From NCBI GenBank assembly GCA_965262725.1, contig OZ253555.1, positions 1,477,256-1,541,255 of the forward strand: 64,000 nucleotides of DNA. Reading direction: 5' to 3'. A program made the translations under genes and the position numbers. Under the pieces are notes generated by a model. It was not told where the DNA came from. It made no database searches and was given only the letters and a program-made list of their open reading frames with translations. Shown here one piece after another: positions 37,384 to 47,730 of this stretch; the first letter of the stretch is position 1, and each line of letters starts with the position of its first letter. This DNA comes from Dehalococcoidia bacterium. GTDB taxonomy: Bacteria; Chloroflexota; Dehalococcoidia; UBA2979.

Positions 37384-39018
37384 TCAGCGTGCCGTCGACA
37401 CCGCAGCGGTGACGGCGGTTGTGGTGGTGTGCGACGCGTTCTCGGCAGACCGCGGAGCGCGGGAGCGCCCGCCCGGCGACGTGCCGGGCCATCGGGAATC
37501 ACCCGAGAGCAGCGCATCGTAGCCATCGAGGAGCGGGGCAGGTCGGTCGTAGCGCTCCAGGTGCGGTCTCTCGACGGCGGCGTCTGGTGGCCTGCGGTCG
37601 GCGAGACGGCGCGCCTCGATGGCGACCAGTTCGGGGTTCACCGACTGGATCCTGTTGACCGTCCCGAGCGCGGCGTGCACCGCCGTGAAGGGAAGATGGC
37701 GATGCAGGAGCAGGACCTCGATGTACGCCTGCGTGCCCGCGCGGTCGCCGAGCTTGCGGCGGGCGCGGTCCCAGAAGCGCTGATGCTCGGCTGTGACGTG
37801 TCCCTTCGCACGCGCCTGCTGGAGCGCCACCGAGCCCGGGACCGCCCCGGGCTTGCGCGCGAGCACCTCCAGATAGTGGTCGAGCAGCAGGACCTCTGCT
37901 CCGGTGCGGGCGCTGCGCTCGTGGTGGGCGACTTCACGCCCCTCGGCCCACACGGTCAGGCTGTTCCCGGACAGCCGCACGTCCAGCTTCCGGCCTGCAT
38001 AGGCCGCCGGGACCGAGTAGCGGGAGCTACGCACGGCGATGCGCGCCTTGCGGTCGACCTTCGCGCGCAGCGGGATTGACGGGTCGAAGCGCTCCGCCGG
38101 AAGCGGACGCAGCGAGGCCTTCTCGTTCTCTCCCATCTCGCCGACGGTGGCGAGGCGGCTCTCGATGTGCCGGGCGTCGTCGGTGCGGTCCGCCTCCCGC
38201 ACTCGTTCGTTCAGCTCGCCGAGGGTCGCCACCTTCGGGACCGGCACGAAGTGCCGCCGGCGGAAGCGGCCGACCTCGCCCTCCACACCGCCCTTCTCGT
38301 GCGCGCCCTCGATGCCGGGCTCACAGAAGAAGCTGTCGAAGCCGTAATGCGAGCGGAGCGCGATGAAGCGCTCGGTCTGCAGGCGCTCGCGTCCCTGCAG
38401 CACGGTGGTGACGGCCGCCGTCAGATTGTCGTAGCGGATGCGCCGCGGCACTCCGCCGAGCCGCTCGAAGGCGACCACGTGCCCCTCGAGCAGAGACTCC
38501 TGGCCCTCGCCGACGAAGCAGACGTGCGCCGCCCGCCCCGAATGCGAGAGCCGCATCACGAACATCGCCAGCCGGGTCTCGACGCCCTCCAGCCACACCG
38601 TCACCGTGCCGAAGTCGACCTCCGCCTCCTCGCCGGGAGGATGGACCTGCGGGATCGTCACAACCGCGCGCCCGCCCTGGATCTCGCGACGCAGGCGCGC
38701 GACGCAGGCGCGGACCGTGGGCTCGGCCACCGTCGCCCCGTGTTCGTCGACGAGGCGCTCCCAGATGCGCCGGGCCGTGTGCCGCTGCTTGCGCGGCGCG
38801 CTGAGGTCGTCCACGAGCCAGCCCCGGATGACCGAGACGTACGGCCCGAGCTTCGGGGCCACGCGGGTCGCCTGCTTGCGTTCCGGGGGTATCGCCGACC
38901 CAAGAGCCTGCCGCACCGTGCGCCGGTGCACGCCATGCCGGCGTCCCAGCTCATGGATCGACAGCTCCTCCTCCCTCGCCATCCGTCGGATAGACTCGAA
39001 CAGCTCCACTCTCGACAC
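37384..39018 (-). CDS. istA: IS21-family IstA transposase, 544 aa.
   Basis: N-terminal HTH (LSIHELGRRHGVHRRTVRQAL), DDE integrase core, IstA length. Confidence 0.9.
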   Translation of the reverse strand: MSRVELFESIRRMAREEELSIHELGRRHGVHRRTVRQALGSAIPPERKQATRVAPKLGPYVSVIRGWLVDDLSAPRKQRHTARRIWERLVDEHGATVAEPTVRACVARLRREIQGGRAVVTIPQVHPPGEEAEVDFGTVTVWLEGVETRLAMFVMRLSHSGRAAHVCFVGEGQESLLEGHVVAFERLGGVPRRIRYDNLTAAVTTVLQGRERLQTERFIALRSHYGFDSFFCEPGIEGAHEKGGVEGEVGRFRRRHFVPVPKVATLGELNERVREADRTDDARHIESRLATVGEMGENEKASLRPLPAERFDPSIPLRAKVDRKARIAVRSSRYSVPAAYAGRKLDVRLSGNSLTVWAEGREVAHHERSARTGAEVLLLDHYLEVLARKPGAVPGSVALQQARAKGHVTAEHQRFWDRARRKLGDRAGTQAYIEVLLLHRHLPFTAVHAALGTVNRIQSVNPELVAIEARRLADRRPPDAAVERPHLERYDRPAPLLDGYDALLSGDSRWPGTSPGGRSRAPRSAENASHTTTTAVTAAVSTAR

Positions 39019-39144
39019 ACTCCTCTTCCCTCGCTCCGGGAGTCATGCAGTCACCCGAGCGTAGGTCCTGGATGGGTCGGGGGTGGTGTCCCCATGTTCT
39101 TTGTCAAGGGCCAGCGCCACTGATCCGGGATGGCCGGCGCAGCG

Positions 39145-40361
39145 TCAGGCAGCCACCGACCCGTGACGAGGAGCCTCCTCGGCGCGGTACGGTTCGCGCG
39201 AGCGCAGCATGGCCAGGATGACGTCGCAGCGACGACGCGCGAGGCAGATGACGGCTGCGGTGTGTTTCTTTCCCTCGGCCCGCTTGCGGTCGTAGAACGC
39301 CCGCGAGACGGGGTCGCGCAGCGAGGCGAAGGCGGAGAGGTACATCGCGTTCTTGAGCCGGTGATTCCCGCGGCGGCTCCGCGTCTGCCCCCGGATGCTG
39401 CTGCCGGACTGGCGGGTGACCGGGGCAAGGCCGGCGTAGCTGGCCAGCCTCGATCCGTTCGCGAAGCGGGAGATGTCACCGATCTCGGCGAGCATCCGCG
39501 CTCCCGTCCTCGGCCCGATCCCCGGCAGGGAGCCGAGGATGGGGCCGAAAGGGTGGGCCTCGAAGAGCTCCCCGATCTCCGCGCCGAGCCGCTCCCGCCG
39601 CTGCTGCGTGCGATCCAGCTCGGTCGCGACCTCGGCGATCACCCGACCCATCGCGACCGAGCCGGGTACGACCACGGTCTGGGCGCCGAGGGCCCCGGTG
39701 ACGGCCTCGGTGAGCGTCTTCGCGAGGCGCGGCGAGCGCTTCCGGAGCGTCCGCGCGATGCGGCCGCGACCCGCCGTGGCCAGCGCCTGCGGTGTCGGGT
39801 AGCGGGCGAGCAGGTCCCGTGCCCCCGCATTGTGGAGCCTGGGGCCCAGTACGCGCTCCAGGGCCGGGGAGAGACCGGTGACGGCGTCGCGCAGCCGGTT
39901 CGTGAGCCGCGTGGCATCGGCGGCGAGGTCGGTGTCGTAGCCGTTGAGAACGCGCAGCTGCTCCAGGAGTTCGTCGTCGCCGGCGTCGAGCCAGTGCACC
40001 TGGTGGCGCCGGGTGCGGCCGGTGTCGGCCAGCACGAACGCATCGCGGCGGTCGGTCTTGGACTCACCCGGGTAGAGGTCGGCGGCACGGCGCATGACCA
40101 GCCCCGGCAGTATGCCACCGGCACGCCGCGGCGGGCGGCGACGGCGAGCACGAGCCGGGCCAGCGAGCCGGGCTGGTCGACGACCAGTGCCGGGGAGCCG
40201 AAGGACTCCGCGCGAGCGAGGAGCGCCTCGATGTCGGCCTCGTCGTTCGCGACGGCGACGGCGAACAGCGGCGCGCCTGCCGCGTCCAGCACATCGGCGA
40301 AGTGCTCTGTCTTGCCGATGTCGAGGCCGATCCACACGGTGGTTTCGTCGGGCGTACCCAC
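39145..40361 (-). pseudogene. IS110-family transposase, frameshifted (N-terminal DEDD domain in one frame, C-terminal domain in another).
   Basis: Frame A (40361..~40100): MGTPDETTVWIGLDIGKTEHFADVLDAAG...RRGVPVAY. Frame B (~40100..39145): LPGLVMRRAADLYPGESKTDRRDAFVLAD...ILGSLPGIGPRTGARMLAEIGDISRF. The two frames are joined by a -1/+1 shift near 40100. Confidence 0.8.
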
Positions 40362-40596
40362 TGCAACTCCTTCCGGGGTTTCCCCCTCATTCCAGCAGGA
40401 AGGCCGCAGGCGCGCTCGCCGTCATCCACCTTACAAATCAGCGATTGGCTCGCATGTCCCCATCAGAGGTTCACGCGCCGAACAGTGCCGGTGGCAACAC
40501 CACCCGAGCCGTCCGTTGCGGCAGGGCCATTTGAGCCATGCCGGCACTGCTGGGCTTCCCGGGCTCAGAGGTTACTGAGCTCGTTTGAAGAAGGTA

Positions 40597-40946
40597 AGGG
40601 GCCATTTCCCGTGACTGAGGTCCTCCAGGAGGAGCAAGGGGTGACGACCGTCGTCGTCCCATCCAAGCAGCTCCGGCATGAAGGGTGCGGAGATGTCTCG
40701 GTAGGCCTGGTGTTCGCGACGCAGCCAGCCGGCGACCGCAGACTGTGGTGTGTCTGCGCCGGTCTTGGCGAAGACACGCCGCCCGTCCGCAAGGGTGAGA
40801 GACCAACGCTCGGCAGGGGTGTACCCACCCGCGGCCGGACAACCCGACTCGACCGCCGAGCCCATGAGCCTCGCGACTCGTCGTGACAGCCCGGCGGGCG
40901 GGGAAGTCACATTCACACCGAGAATCCTACAGGTGCACCGGCGACC
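40597..40946 (-). repeat. Copy B of the ~350-bp inverted repeat (inverted duplicate of the phosphotransferase gene 5' end).
   Basis: See copy A. It diverges from copy A immediately after the shared ...gggaaatggcccc. Confidence 0.8.
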
Positions 40947-41247
40947 GGGAATGGGAGCGGGGTGCGCACTCTTCGCGAAAGGGCGTCACGGGCCACGGAG
41001 GTTACGGGCCGGTCCACCGATCGTCCTCCACGGGATGCTTGATTGCGAGAACTGCGGGAACGCGCCGCATCCCGCCCGCAATCACGCACTGTCCGCTCTT
41101 CCGCGAGTGCTCGGTTGGCGCGGCGGGACCACGGCGAGGCGGTTGACGCCGCATCCTTGACGCGATGGCGGCCCGTCGGCATGTTCGTTCCCGGGGTCGG
41201 CGGGCTCGGCCTTCGAGCCGACGTGAGCGGATGTCGGAGGCGCAGCG

Positions 41248-42012
41248 ATGACGTCCTACGTCGACCGCCTCGCCCGCCGCAGCCGCGCGGTTGGCAGCTT
41301 CGTCTGCGTCGGCCTCGACCCGCCCGGCGACCTGCCTGTCGAGGAGGTCGCGCGCCGCAACCGCGCGCTGATCGAGGCGACCGCGCCCTACGCCGCCTGC
41401 TTCAAGCCCAACCTCGCCTTCTACGAGCAGTTCGGCATCCCCGGCCTGCGCGCCCTCGAAGCGACTCTCGAAGCTATCCCCGGCGGCATCCCTGTCATTT
41501 GCGATGCCAAGCGCGGCGACATGAACAACAGCGCCGCCGCCTACGCCCGCGCCCTCTTCGAGGTCTGGGGCTTCGACGCCGCCACGGTGAATCCGTACCA
41601 GGGGCGCGACGCCGTCGCGCCCTTCCTCGCCTACGAGGACCGGGGCGTTTACCTCCTCTGCCGCACCTCGAATCCCGGGTCCGCCACCATCCAGAACGCC
41701 ACCCTCGCAGGCGGCCTGCCGCTGTATGAACGCCTCGCGGCCGAGATGCCCTCGTGGGGCGCGAACGTCGGCCTCGTCGTCGGCGCGACGGCGCCGACCG
41801 AGCTCGCCCGGGTGCGCGCGCTCGCTCCGGAGACCACGATCCTCGTGCCGGGCGTCGGCGCGCAGGGAGGCGACCCGGCCGAAGTGGTGGCCGCGGCGGG
41901 ACGGGCGCCCGGCCTCATGGTGGTGAGCGCCTCCCGCAGCATCGCGAGCGCGCCGGACCCGGCGGCCGCGGCGCGAGACCTGCGCGACGCCCTCAACGCC
42001 CCCGGTCGGTGA
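41248..42012 (+). CDS. pyrF: Orotidine 5'-phosphate decarboxylase (type 2 PyrF), 254 aa.
   Basis: FVCVGLDP. Catalytic DAKRGD. Overall OMP decarboxylase similarity. Confidence 0.9.
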   Translation: MTSYVDRLARRSRAVGSFVCVGLDPPGDLPVEEVARRNRALIEATAPYAACFKPNLAFYEQFGIPGLRALEATLEAIPGGIPVICDAKRGDMNNSAAAYARALFEVWGFDAATVNPYQGRDAVAPFLAYEDRGVYLLCRTSNPGSATIQNATLAGGLPLYERLAAEMPSWGANVGLVVGATAPTELARVRALAPETTILVPGVGAQGGDPAEVVAAAGRAPGLMVVSASRSIASAPDPAAAARDLRDALNAPGR

Positions 42013-42146
42013 ACGAGGGGGTGTCGCCGTCGGCCGGGCGTGCCACATGTGCCGCCACGCAGCCTATATCCACTGCCTATGTTCGAGGGCCCGACGAACG
42101 GCATCCCAGAAGGCCGCTCCGAGGCTGACTACAGGAGGTATCGAAG

Positions 42147-42674
42147 GTGAGTGAGCACTTGAACCGTGAGATCAAGGCGTACTGTCCCGACTTTGCGCCC
42201 GTCCGGCAGCTGCTCCGCGATGGTGGGGCGAGGTTGGTCGCGGTCAAGGAACAGGTGGACCACTACTATCACCTGCCCGCGATCGGAACCGAGGAGGGAA
42301 CACGGCGACTCAAGCTTCGTATCGAAGGCGAGAAGAGGCAGCTCATCTTCTACCGTGACCATCAGGAAACAAATGCCCGGATTAGTCGAGTCCACATCTG
42401 GGAGGTACACGATCCTCAGGTCACGGATGTACTAGACATCGCGTTGGGCAATCGAGTCACGGTCCGTAAGCAACGCGAACTGTGGTCCACGGACAACGTC
42501 GAATTCAACCTGGACACGGTGGAGAGCGTCGGGCAAGTCTTCGAGTTGGAGGCACAGGCGGAGGATGGTCGTGACATCGCAGCCCAGGTGGAGGACTGGC
42601 GCCGCCGCCTGGGACCCTACCTTGGTTCTTACATAACTGGTTCGAATGAAGATTTGGTTCTGACTTCCAGATAG
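42147..42674 (+). CDS. CYTH-domain protein (class IV adenylate cyclase / triphosphate tunnel metalloenzyme-like), 175 aa.
   Basis: N-terminal EIKAYCPDFAPVRQLL, then alternating acidic/basic beta-strand pattern (RLKLRIEGEKRQLIFYRD...) typical of CyaB/CYTH. Confidence 0.7.
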   Translation: MSEHLNREIKAYCPDFAPVRQLLRDGGARLVAVKEQVDHYYHLPAIGTEEGTRRLKLRIEGEKRQLIFYRDHQETNARISRVHIWEVHDPQVTDVLDIALGNRVTVRKQRELWSTDNVEFNLDTVESVGQVFELEAQAEDGRDIAAQVEDWRRRLGPYLGSYITGSNEDLVLTSR

Positions 42675-43029
42675 GTGACACGCCGAGAAGACTAGGTAGA
42701 CGGGGCGTACCGGTTGTCCCGGGGTCCGAGCAGCACGAGGAGTGGCAGGTGGCGGACGAGCCAACGCGCGCTGGATGGCTGGCGCGGCGACTCACGCGCA
42801 TGCCGGCGGTGCCGTCGCGGTTAGCATCGTCGACACTCGGCGAGGGATCCTAGTCACAGCGCAGGTGTAGGGCGGAGCTGGGGCCGGGCATGATGCCTGA
42901 CGAGGACAGTGTGAAGGCAGGCATCGAAGTCGCCCCGCAGCAGATTGGCATGCCGATCGGCGTGGTGCTCGGGAAGCAGGCGATCCGAGGCGGCGGAATC
43001 CACATCGGCGCCGTCCTCGGAGCACGGCG

Positions 43030-43488
43030 ATGATGACGATCCGGCGGTATCGCGCGACCGACCACGATGCCGTTTGGGAACTCCACAACCTGGCGTTGCT
43101 GGACGTTGCGGCGCACCCGGGAAACGGGTCATGGGACGATGACCTGCATCAGGTCGAGACGGTGTACATCGCAGAGGGCGGGGACTTCTTCGTTGGTGTA
43201 GTCCGTGAACGGGTCGTGGCAATGGGAGCGCTCAAGAGGCTCGCCGGCAACCGAGCAGAGATTTGCCGGATGCGAGTAAATCCCAGCCTCCAGCGAAGGG
43301 GCCTGGGAAGGGAGATGCTGCTGGCGCTAGAACAACGGGCGGCGGCGCTGGGATTCCAGACCCTGACGTTGGAAACCACGGTCAGGCAGGTGGCTGCCAT
43401 GGAGATGTACGTGAAGGCCGCATACCAGGAGGTCCGTAGGTATCGACACGCCGGCTTCGACATCGTTGCGTTCGAGAAGCATATCTAG
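43030..43488 (+). CDS. GNAT-family N-acetyltransferase, 152 aa.
   Basis: Acetyl-CoA motif A: CRMRVNPSLQRRGLGREMLLALEQRA. Confidence 0.85.
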   Translation: MMTIRRYRATDHDAVWELHNLALLDVAAHPGNGSWDDDLHQVETVYIAEGGDFFVGVVRERVVAMGALKRLAGNRAEICRMRVNPSLQRRGLGREMLLALEQRAAALGFQTLTLETTVRQVAAMEMYVKAAYQEVRRYRHAGFDIVAFEKHI

Positions 43489-43550
43489 GCCCGCGGCGAG
43501 GGGGCGCTGCCCACATTGGCCGCACGAGCGGGAACCGACCGCATGGGAGC

Positions 43551-44405
43551 GTGTCCGTGACTGAGCGAGCCACGTTCGGTGACTTCATCCTCGGGTTCGA
43601 GGGTCTCGGGATCTTGCGCTCCTGGATGCTGGACCCGGCTGCTGTCAGGGCGAGAAGGAACAACATCGTTCGGATCGTCACGCAATTCGAGGAGGCGCCC
43701 TGGTCAGACCCCGTCGTCGCGGAGGAGCGGACAGTCACCGCCGGATACGCCGAATGGGTCGCTACATACGACAGGGGTGACAACGCGGTGATACTCGCGG
43801 AGGAGCCCGTGGTACGTGGACTCCTCGCCCGCTACCCGGTTGGTGTCGCACTGGACGCAGCCTGCGGCACGGGGAGGCATGCTGCGTACTTGGCCTCGCT
43901 GGGCCATCAGGTGACCGGCATCGACTCGACGCCTGCCATGCTTGACGTCGCACGGGCGACGGTGCCCACCGCACGCTTTGCGACGGCGGACCTGGCGGCG
44001 CTTCCTCTACCTGACGAGGCGATGGACCTGGCCGTCTGTACGCTCGCACTGAGCCACTGCGCCGATCTGGGACCACCAATTCGGGAGTTGGCCCGGGTCA
44101 TGCGTCCTGGAGGGTCAGTGATCGTCTCTGACGTCCATCCGTTCATGGTGATGCTCGGTGATCACGGCGTGTATCCGCTGAGCGACTCGGCGAGCGCGTT
44201 CGTTCGGAGCTACGTCCATCTGCCGTCGGCCTATCTCAGGGCCTTCCGCGAGGCGGGACTCCGGGTCGTTCAGTGTATTGAGCCTCTCCACGGAGATAGG
44301 GAGATCGCCACGATCGGATTCGCGGAGCGGATGCCCGACCTGGCGGAGGCTGCTGTCCGGGGTCTTCCGATCGTGATCGTGTGGGAACTCGAGAGGGTCG
44401 CCTGA
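43551..44405 (+). CDS. Class I SAM-dependent methyltransferase, 284 aa.
   Basis: Motif I VALDAACGTGRHAAYLA. Motif II/post-I DLAVCTLALSH. RPGGSVIVSD. Confidence 0.85.
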   Translation: MSVTERATFGDFILGFEGLGILRSWMLDPAAVRARRNNIVRIVTQFEEAPWSDPVVAEERTVTAGYAEWVATYDRGDNAVILAEEPVVRGLLARYPVGVALDAACGTGRHAAYLASLGHQVTGIDSTPAMLDVARATVPTARFATADLAALPLPDEAMDLAVCTLALSHCADLGPPIRELARVMRPGGSVIVSDVHPFMVMLGDHGVYPLSDSASAFVRSYVHLPSAYLRAFREAGLRVVQCIEPLHGDREIATIGFAERMPDLAEAAVRGLPIVIVWELERVA

Positions 44406-45020
44406 CGGGGGGAGTTTGTCGGATGCCGCCGAGGGAGGAACGCACACCCAGTGTCCTAGCCGGCGCTGCATATTCGACGCTCGGTAACGACGAAGACGGA
44501 GTCGCGGTTGTTCTTGAGCAACTGGTGCAGGAGGTCGGGTAGTGCATAGGGGACGGGCGTCGGAGGTCACCAGTTCCACGTAACGCTGCGGTCAATCGCT
44601 GAGTACGCTGGGAGCTTGCCGAGAAGTCGGGGGCGGGTCACTTGTCTAAGCTCGAATCCAGAGCGCCAGGCTAACTGGCGAGTAGGCAGGAGGTGGAAGT
44701 CCTCTATGGCAAAGAGCTAGCCACTCATGTCATTCCGCGAGCCGTGCGCGGGTCGTCGCGAGGCGGCTTGTGAAGCGTCGGCAGCGGGGTGTGCGGGCGG
44801 GGCTAATGAGCATCGAAAGGGCCATTTGGGGTGCCGAGGCTCTTGGATTGGTCGAAGGCAATACCGGCGACGGCGCTACTGGCGAGTCGTGGTCGGGCCC
44901 CACGGTGTCGAAGACCCCATGCACGCACACACGTCTATCGCCGGGACTTGGGAGAGCTGCGCGTTGTCCCGACGAGTCGTACGCCGGGACCGCGTCGGGA
45001 AGGGACGTAAACCGTAGCCG

Positions 45021-45517
45021 ATGATGAACGATGCGCAGCAGTCTGATGGGGCCGTACGAGCGATGAAGGCGGCGAACAAGGGGGCGCGAGCCCCGGCGGA
45101 GTCGCTGGAGCAAAGGGCCCCAACCGAGAGGAATCCTCAAAGCACCGGCACGGTCCGGACGCAGAGTCGGGGTGCGGTGTCACCCGGAGCGGAGAGGATA
45201 CGGCAGTTCGTGGAACGGAAGCCGGGAGAGAAACTCACCGCGCTCTTGCACCACATCACGCCGGAGGCGCTGCGGGAGGCGTATCTCGCGTTGAAGCGGG
45301 ATGCGGCTCCGGGCGTGGACGGGGTGAGGTGGCGAGAATACGGGGACGGGCTGGACGAGCGATTGCTCGACCTGCATGGCCGCGTACACCGTGGAGCGTA
45401 CCGGGCGAAGCCCGTCAGGCGGGTAGAGATACCCAAGCCGGACGGGGGAATACGGCCGCTCGGTATCGTCTCGCTGGAGGACAAGATCGTTCAGCGGGCG
45501 GTGGTGGACAATCTTTT
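45021..45517 (+). pseudogene. Group II intron reverse transcriptase, N-terminal part (RT domains 0, 1, 2a), cut by an insertion.
   Basis: LTALLHHITPEALREAYLALKRDAAPGVDGV (RT0). YRAKPVRRVEIPKPDGGIRPLGIVSLEDKIVQRAV (RT1/2). The last 17 codons of the track ORF (GTSKNDYIVGMVNDIL) belong to the inserted DNA. Confidence 0.8.
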
Positions 45518-46800
45518 GGGCACTTCGAAGAATGACTATATCGTCGGCATGGTGAATGATATACTGTAGCCATCAGTGTCATGGTTACGGGGGATGATAT
45601 GGGCCAACTTGGGTTCTTCAATGTGGACGACCGCTACGACGCTCTCGACGCCAAGGGCGACCCACTCGCCAAGCTCGACCAAATCATCCCGTGGGAGCAG
45701 TTCAGACCTCAGTTAGAAGCCGTCTGGGCCACGCCCGAAGAAGAGCGTAAATCACCGGCCGGACGCAAGCCATGGGACGCAATCGTCATCTTCAAGGGAT
45801 TGATACTCGGCGTACTCTACAACCTCTCCGATGAACAGATTGAGTATCAGATCCGCGACCGTCTCTCCTTCTCCCGCTTCTGCGGCACAGGCATCGAAGG
45901 CCGGGTGCCCGACGCCACCACCTTCTGGCTCTACCGCGAGCAGTTGACCAGGGCGGGCGCCATCGCCGAGTTGTTCCAGGCCTTCGACCACTATCTCGCC
46001 AGCCAGGGCTACCGCGCCAGTGGCGGACAGATCGTCGACGCCTCGATCGTCTCGGTGCCGATCCAGCGCAACAGCCGCCGGGAGAACGAGTCGCTCAAGC
46101 AGGACCTCATTCCCTCGGAGTGGGTCTTCAATCCGGCGAAGCTGGCCCAGAAAGACCTCGACGCCCGCTGGACGAAGAAGCACGGGAAGAGTCACTACGG
46201 CTACAAGAACCACATCACCATCGATCGGCGCCACAAGCTGGTGCGTTCCTACGCCGTCACCGATGCCGCGGTCCATGACAGCCAGGTGATCGACCAGCTG
46301 CTCGACTCTCCGAACACGTCACCCGATGTGTGGGCAGACCGTGCCTATCGGTCGCGGGCGATTGAGGCAATGCTCACGGAGAAAGGTCTGACGAGCCGCA
46401 TCCATCGGAAGGCCGCTGCCAACCGGCCGTTGACGGCGGCTGAGGAGGCGGTCAACCGGGGATGGTCGCAAGTACGGGCCCGGGTTGAGCACATCTTCGG
46501 CTCGCAGACGAACGAGATGGGCGGCACGCACATCCGTACGATCGGCGTGCGGCGGGCAGTGACGCAGATCGGCTTCAAGAACCTGGCGTACAATATTCGC
46601 CGTCTGGCGCACCTCGAACACCGCCGTACGGCTGCCGCGGCCTAGCTTGCCGCCACCCGTCCACAGACCTCACACCAGCCTCTAGTTCGGTGCTTTGACA
46701 GTCCCGTTTAACTGTCAATTATCCCGCTTCACCTATGCTCTCGCGGACTCACCCACACCCCCTGGGGTCTCCTCAGCTACGCCCTCTGCCCCCTCGTGCC
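45518..46800 (+). mobile_element. IS5-family insertion sequence inside the intron RT gene. The left end is about 45518; the right end is uncertain (~46750-46850).
   Basis: A transposase ORF starts ~80 nt after the RT disruption point, matching the IS5 layout. A 24-bp palindrome ttgacagtcccgtttaactgtcaa sits at 46694-46717. Confidence 0.6.
45581..46645 (+). CDS. IS5-family DDE transposase, 354 aa (probable true start at the MGQLGFF Met, 45599).
   Basis: KGLILGVLYNLSDEQIEYQIRDRLSFSRF. DASIVSVPIQRNSRRENE. DARWTKKHGKSHYGYKNHITIDRRHKLVRSYAVTDAAVHDSQV. These follow the IS5 InsH pattern. Confidence 0.9.
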   Translation: MVTGDDMGQLGFFNVDDRYDALDAKGDPLAKLDQIIPWEQFRPQLEAVWATPEEERKSPAGRKPWDAIVIFKGLILGVLYNLSDEQIEYQIRDRLSFSRFCGTGIEGRVPDATTFWLYREQLTRAGAIAELFQAFDHYLASQGYRASGGQIVDASIVSVPIQRNSRRENESLKQDLIPSEWVFNPAKLAQKDLDARWTKKHGKSHYGYKNHITIDRRHKLVRSYAVTDAAVHDSQVIDQLLDSPNTSPDVWADRAYRSRAIEAMLTEKGLTSRIHRKAAANRPLTAAEEAVNRGWSQVRARVEHIFGSQTNEMGGTHIRTIGVRRAVTQIGFKNLAYNIRRLAHLEHRRTAAAA

Positions 46801-47730
46801 CTCACCGATACCTTCATCAACAATCGCGAGTTCTTCGAGGTGCCCTTTTGAACCCGATTTACGAGTCGGGCTACGTGCGTCCGGAAGTCGAAGGGGTGGT
46901 GACGTGATGACGTGACCGGTCCGGAGACATGCTCGTTGCTGCCAGCCGGTGAGAGTCCGGCACGGGTAACTGTCAGGAGGCCCGTTAGCAGGTCGGCGGC
47001 GTGGACGGGAAACGGTCTGCGTCGAAGCCCGACGTCAAGAGCCCTATGAGGGGGAGCAAACGTGCGGTCCGCAGCATGACGCGAAGTCTGCCGCGCCGTG
47101 AGACTCGCCTGTCTATTGACAGGACCAAGGAGGAGCCGAGCCCGGGTGGTCAGGGCGAAGGCCATGGACGAGGTGAAGATCCTGGAATGCAGCCTCAAGA
47201 AACCTCCCGGCGTATGGGACGTGGAACGTACGGAAGGTAGCGACGGGAACCGGAGAAGCCCTCCCCGGCCCGGCACCCTGTGAGAGGGCGTCGGAGCGAG
47301 GCGTCCTATAACCGGTCAGAGCCGGGAAGTGGACAGCCAGCCGGAAGGGTGGCGGAGGGGGTCGTAGTACCGCTGGAGCCGGACGGACAACATAACCGCC
47401 GGTGATGGGAAGGACCCCTACTTTGTCCGTGCATGTTGCTGGGGGTGTGGACTGGTGAGTGCCCCTCGGGGCTAGCAACCACTTGGTAGGGTTCGAGGCT
47501 CTCCGCACATGCTGTACCGGCTGGCCAAGGCACGACCCACGTTGTGGGGAGCGCTGCATGCCATCTGGTGAAGGGCATCGGTGAGCCGGATGAGGGAGAA
47601 CCTCACGTCCGGTTCGATGTGGCAGGGGCTGGAGACGGACGCTGCTATGGCCGTGGAGTTGGGCACCACCGGGAAACCGGCTTGGAACTGATGCGCCACC
47701 GCCTACGGCTCGCACCGCGCCAGCCCCTGA

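Larger units (their letters stand above)
36510..39125 (-). mobile_element. Second IS21-family element (~2.6 kb); the ends are approximate.
   Basis: istA/istB pair on the minus strand with an AGGAGG SD between them. Repeated tggcccc motifs near the istB-side end (36541-36576) and gggccag near 39090 suggest multi-repeat termini. Exact ends not resolved. Confidence 0.6.

Noticed and set aside
44744-44796. GTGCG motifs at 44744 and 44792 as the group II intron 5' end.
   Set aside because: They lie only ~230-280 nt upstream of the RT start, which is too short to hold domains I-III. The intron 5' boundary is left undetermined.
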